The notes under the pieces: model-generated
What the model was told of the DNA's origin: nothing
The model's input: only the letters and a program-made list of their open reading frames with translations
Databases searched by the model: none
Source: Bacteroidota bacterium
GTDB lineage: Bacteria > Bacteroidota > Bacteroidia > Flavobacteriales > Flavobacteriaceae
DNA length: 64,000 nt
Direction of reading: 5' to 3'
Assembly (NCBI GenBank): GCA_039026955.1
Contig: JBCCLH010000006.1
Span: 12,321-76,320 of the forward strand
Position numbers and translations under genes: made by a program
Shown here: in pieces, positions 61,139-64,000 of the stretch
Layout: the number at the start of each line of letters is the position of its first letter
How positions within the stretch are numbered: the stretch's first letter is position 1

Positions 61139-61168
61139 TTTGTCAAGTTTAAAAAACGCTTATATTTG
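61139..61168 (+). promoter_or_regulatory. Bacteroidota -33/-7 promoter of tRNA-Phe
   Basis: TTTG (61139-61142), 18-nt spacer, TATATTTG (61161-61168). Confidence 0.75.
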
Positions 61169-61185
61169 CATCCGCATTTGCGACT

Positions 61186-61258
61186 GGTGCCTTAGCTCAG
61201 TTGGTAGAGCAAAGGACTGAAAATCCTTGTGTCCCTGGTTCGATTCCTGGAGGCACCA
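61186..61258 (+). tRNA. tRNA-Phe (GAA)
   Basis: Acceptor GGTGCCT/AGGCACC, D-arm AGCTCAGTTGGTAGAGC, anticodon arm aagga-ctGAAaa-tcctt, T-loop GGTTCGATTCC; CCA not encoded. Confidence 0.98.
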
Positions 61259-61264
61259 CCGAAG

Positions 61265-61293
61265 AAACCCGATCAAATTTGATCGGGTTTTTT
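61265..61293 (+). terminator. Intrinsic terminator of tRNA-Phe
   Basis: Perfect palindrome aaacccgatcaaatttgatcgggttt followed by a T tract. Confidence 0.85.
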
Positions 61294-61360
61294 GTTTTTT
61301 TATCTAGGAGAAGACACAAAATGTTGGAAATTATTTTAAGCAATCAGGAAATACTATCTA

Positions 61361-62650
61361 GAGACCTTTGCACTAAAATAGGTAAAATGATGTTTTTTAT
61401 TTTCTGAATAGTTATCTTTAAGAAGATGAGTTACAAATTTGAAAATAACATACAAATGGGCTTTAGCGATGGATATGTGGAGCGTCGAATCTCCAAGAAC
61501 ACGTTTTTTCTACAGATGAATCAACTGATAGATTGGCAACCAATAGAAAAAGAATTAAAGAAAGTCTATAAACGCGGCTTGAAAGAGCGTGGTACCAAAG
61601 CTTATAATCCCTTACTTTTATTTAAGATGCAACTCATTAGTATTTGGTATAATTTAAGCGATGTACAGACCGAAGCTATGGTTAATGATAGTTTAAGCGC
61701 GATGCGTTTTTGTAATTTATCTATCGAAGATAGTGTTCCTGATCATAGTACATTGAGCCGCTTTAGAAGTGAACTTACCCAAAAGAAGGCTTACGATCGT
61801 ATTCTAAAAAAGATAAACAAGCAATTAAGTGATCATAAGTTGATTCTCACCACAGGACATGCACAGGTAGATGCTTCCTTGACTCAAAGTCCATTTAATC
61901 CTAAAGGTAAAACTACTTATGAGTTGGCTCAAGACAGAAATGAAGAGAATCGTTCACAAGAAGATAAAGACAAAGAGGAGCAGTATCATCAGTTAAAAAA
62001 AGTAGAGCAGCCAGGGGCAGACCATCAAGCACGTTGGGTAAAGAAAGGAGGTAAATCCGTATTTGGTTACAAAAAGCATATTGGGACAGATAACAATGGA
62101 ATGGTACTGGGAGTTCATACAACAGCCGCTAATGAGCATGATAGTAAAGGACTCGAACCTTTGGTAGATAAAATACTTCCAAGACAACGAAAGCAGGTCA
62201 TGGCAGATAAAGGTTTTAAAAGTAAAGCTAACGATCAAATGCTAAAAGAAAAAGGCAGTAAAAGTAGAATCATGCATAAAGGCTACAGAAATACACCGCT
62301 AACGCACTGGCAAGTAAAATACAACAAAGCCATCAGTAAAAAACGCTGGGTAGTAGAACGTACCTTTGGAAGCATAAAGCGGTGGTTTGGTAGTGGAACT
62401 ACTCGGTTAAAAGGAATAGAAAAAGTTCATTCCATACATGTATTAGAGGCGATAGCACATAATCTTAAACGATCGCCAGGATTGCTATGCCAAATAGCCA
62501 AAACCTAAGGAAAATAGAAGGAAAATTAACCCTCATTAACATAAATTGAATCCAAAAGCTTCAAAATCAAAAGAAGTTCTATCAATCCAAATCATAAAAA
62601 AGCAAAAGTTAAGAAAAGAAAAAGTTGAAAATGATTTTTTCAAAGGTCAC
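61361..62650 (+). mobile_element. IS5-family insertion sequence, 1290 bp
   Basis: Ends GAGACCTTTGCA / TTCAAAGGTCAC (10/12 inverted); flanking 5-bp direct repeat ATCTA (61356-61360, 62651-62655). Confidence 0.88.
61426..62508 (+). CDS. IS5-family DDE transposase
   Basis: WYNLSD, VPDHSTLSRFR, VDAS, GYKKH, HDS, ADKGF, RWVVERTFG. Confidence 0.95.
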   Translation: MSYKFENNIQMGFSDGYVERRISKNTFFLQMNQLIDWQPIEKELKKVYKRGLKERGTKAYNPLLLFKMQLISIWYNLSDVQTEAMVNDSLSAMRFCNLSIEDSVPDHSTLSRFRSELTQKKAYDRILKKINKQLSDHKLILTTGHAQVDASLTQSPFNPKGKTTYELAQDRNEENRSQEDKDKEEQYHQLKKVEQPGADHQARWVKKGGKSVFGYKKHIGTDNNGMVLGVHTTAANEHDSKGLEPLVDKILPRQRKQVMADKGFKSKANDQMLKEKGSKSRIMHKGYRNTPLTHWQVKYNKAISKKRWVVERTFGSIKRWFGSGTTRLKGIEKVHSIHVLEAIAHNLKRSPGLLCQIAKT

Positions 62651-62769
62651 ATCTAAATATTATGTCATAGACGTTTTGTTAGTCATAGGAATTCACATAG
62701 CTTATCTAATCCTAAAAAATGTTTATAAAAAACTGTGTAGCAGTTCGTAAAAAAGTAGAAGATCAAATT

Positions 62770-62800
62770 ATAGGGCGCTAACGATAGCGCCCTATTTTAT
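62770..62800. terminator. Strong hairpin, possibly a terminator, with no adjacent gene end
   Basis: atagggcgcta-acga-tagcgccctat perfect 11-bp stem followed by a T-rich tract. Confidence 0.45.
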
Positions 62801-62922
62801 TTAAATTTATTTATTTTATGTATTATCTTAATCTTTTGATTTAATATGAAGCAATCGCTAAAAATGATTTAAAATATCATGTTATAGAGTTATCTAGTAA
62901 GAGAAATACTAGGAAAAATCAT

Positions 62923-62954
62923 AAAAAAAGCGCCATTCAACCGAACAGCGCTTT
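62923..62954 (-). terminator. Intrinsic terminator of the T9SS cargo gene
   Basis: aaagcgc/gcgcttt stem with a T7 tract on the minus strand, ~27 bp after the stop. Confidence 0.6.
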
Positions 62955-62980
62955 GTATGATATGATTTGGATTTAGTGTC

Positions 62981-63793
62981 TTATTCCTTAATCAACTTCA
63001 CTGTTTTTGATCCTGCTGCTGCAGTGATTTTTGCAAAGTAGATTCCTGTTTTTAGGCTAGACATGTCAATCGTTGACAAGCTTGATACTTGGTTCAACAC
63101 ACGTTGTCCATTTAAGTTGGTTACTACGATAGACTCAATATCTGCTACACCTGTAATCGTTGCTACATTTTTTACTGGATTTGGGAATACATTTACGTCT
63201 TGTAATTCTGCTCCTTCCGTGCTTAACGTTGAGAAGTTAAATGTACTCATGCCTGTTACCGCTGCCGCATTTGGATCTACTACATTTGCAAATAATGCAG
63301 ATCCATCATCAATCATATCCGCTTGCATGAATGATTTTAATGGATTAATATTATTAGCCAATGTAGAATTATTCTCTAAGATATACATATCACCACTCGT
63401 CGGAGTTCCATTTACTGTAAATGTTAACACATCTGTATTTGTCCCCGCGGAAGGTGCTGGCAATGAAATAGGACTTCCTGGCGTTTCAGTCACTAGGTAT
63501 CCATCAATAGCTGGTTGTGAAATCGCAGCTCCATCAAAAAAGTTTAAAGAAGCGGTTCCTCCTAAAGAAGAATTCGAAGTAATACTTATACCATCTGATA
63601 AAATGAGTGTAAATCCATAACTCTGTACAGAAGTTGCAAAGTTGTTTGAACTCGTGTTTGGTACTGCTTGTACCGTAAAGCTATAGCCTCCATTGTGTTG
63701 CAAGGTCCAAGTATAGCCATCTTGGGCATTTGCTTTACTTGAAAATAAAGCGAAAGTTGCGCATAGTAATAAAATAAAAGTAGTTTTTCTCAT
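62981..63793 (-). CDS. T9SS type A sorting-domain (CTD) secreted protein
   Basis: Signal peptide MRKTTFILLLCATFALFSSKANA|Q from 63793; C-terminal VFPNPVKN...LNGQ...LKTGIYFAKI...KLIKE. Confidence 0.9.
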   Translation of the reverse strand: MRKTTFILLLCATFALFSSKANAQDGYTWTLQHNGGYSFTVQAVPNTSSNNFATSVQSYGFTLILSDGISITSNSSLGGTASLNFFDGAAISQPAIDGYLVTETPGSPISLPAPSAGTNTDVLTFTVNGTPTSGDMYILENNSTLANNINPLKSFMQADMIDDGSALFANVVDPNAAAVTGMSTFNFSTLSTEGAELQDVNVFPNPVKNVATITGVADIESIVVTNLNGQRVLNQVSSLSTIDMSSLKTGIYFAKITAAAGSKTVKLIKE

Positions 63794-64000
63794 GTTGATT
63801 TGTTTAAAATATTTAGTTCTCTGGTAATTATTCTTGAATCTGATAGGTGCTAAAATTAAGAAAATTACCGGGATGTGCCAATACATTTTGCAAAATAAAC
63901 GGTGTATCTGGATTTGTTCCCGCATATCGCGTGATTCCGTCCATATTTACATCGTGCATATTGTAGCCTATTACTACAAAAGTTGGGAAATTTAAAAAGT

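Noticed and set aside
61201-61407. 68-aa ORF
   Set aside because: Overlaps tRNA-Phe, its terminator and the IS left end
63794-63925. N-terminal extension of the T9SS cargo ORF (likewise purH 16347, prc 33580, rodA 22246, and 28660 for the small ORF)
   Set aside because: Downstream ATGs give a clean signal peptide, a canonical N-terminus or a coupled start
61186-64000. tRNA-anchored prophage or genomic island
   Set aside because: No integrase and no duplicated tRNA 3' end (att site) in the window; only an IS is inserted

Overview
AT-rich chromosomal window from a Bacteroidota/Flavobacteriaceae-type bacterium (TAnnTTTG promoters, Gln at +1 after signal peptides, xrtF, T9SS cargo; genus not provable from sequence alone). 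Most of it is housekeeping: purH, mreBCD-mrdA-rodA, prc, surE, lpxB, comEC, two POT transporters plus DPP-IV, class II HMG-CoA reductase plus a GYDIA kinase, the coaX-to-PPIase cluster and tRNA-Phe. Accessory content: (1) a tandem array of at least 5 ~780-aa secreted MG2/plug-like paralogs without a barrel; (2) a 62-aa leader-type, 4-Cys peptide next to a peptidase-dead C39-like/VKOR/thioredoxin fusion whose charge distribution hints at an inverted, cytoplasm-facing topology (best candidate for an undescribed system); (3) a low-GC orphan gene with RNase H/DUF3800-like acidic motifs; (4) two TA-flanked MITE-like families, three REP-like palindrome families and strand-polarised TTGTGGAT arrays; (5) a frameshifted, truncated adhesin-like remnant; (6) an intact IS5-family element with a 5-bp target duplication just downstream of tRNA-Phe. 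No CRISPR array, rRNA or prophage seen. All family assignments come from motif recognition by eye, not database searches.
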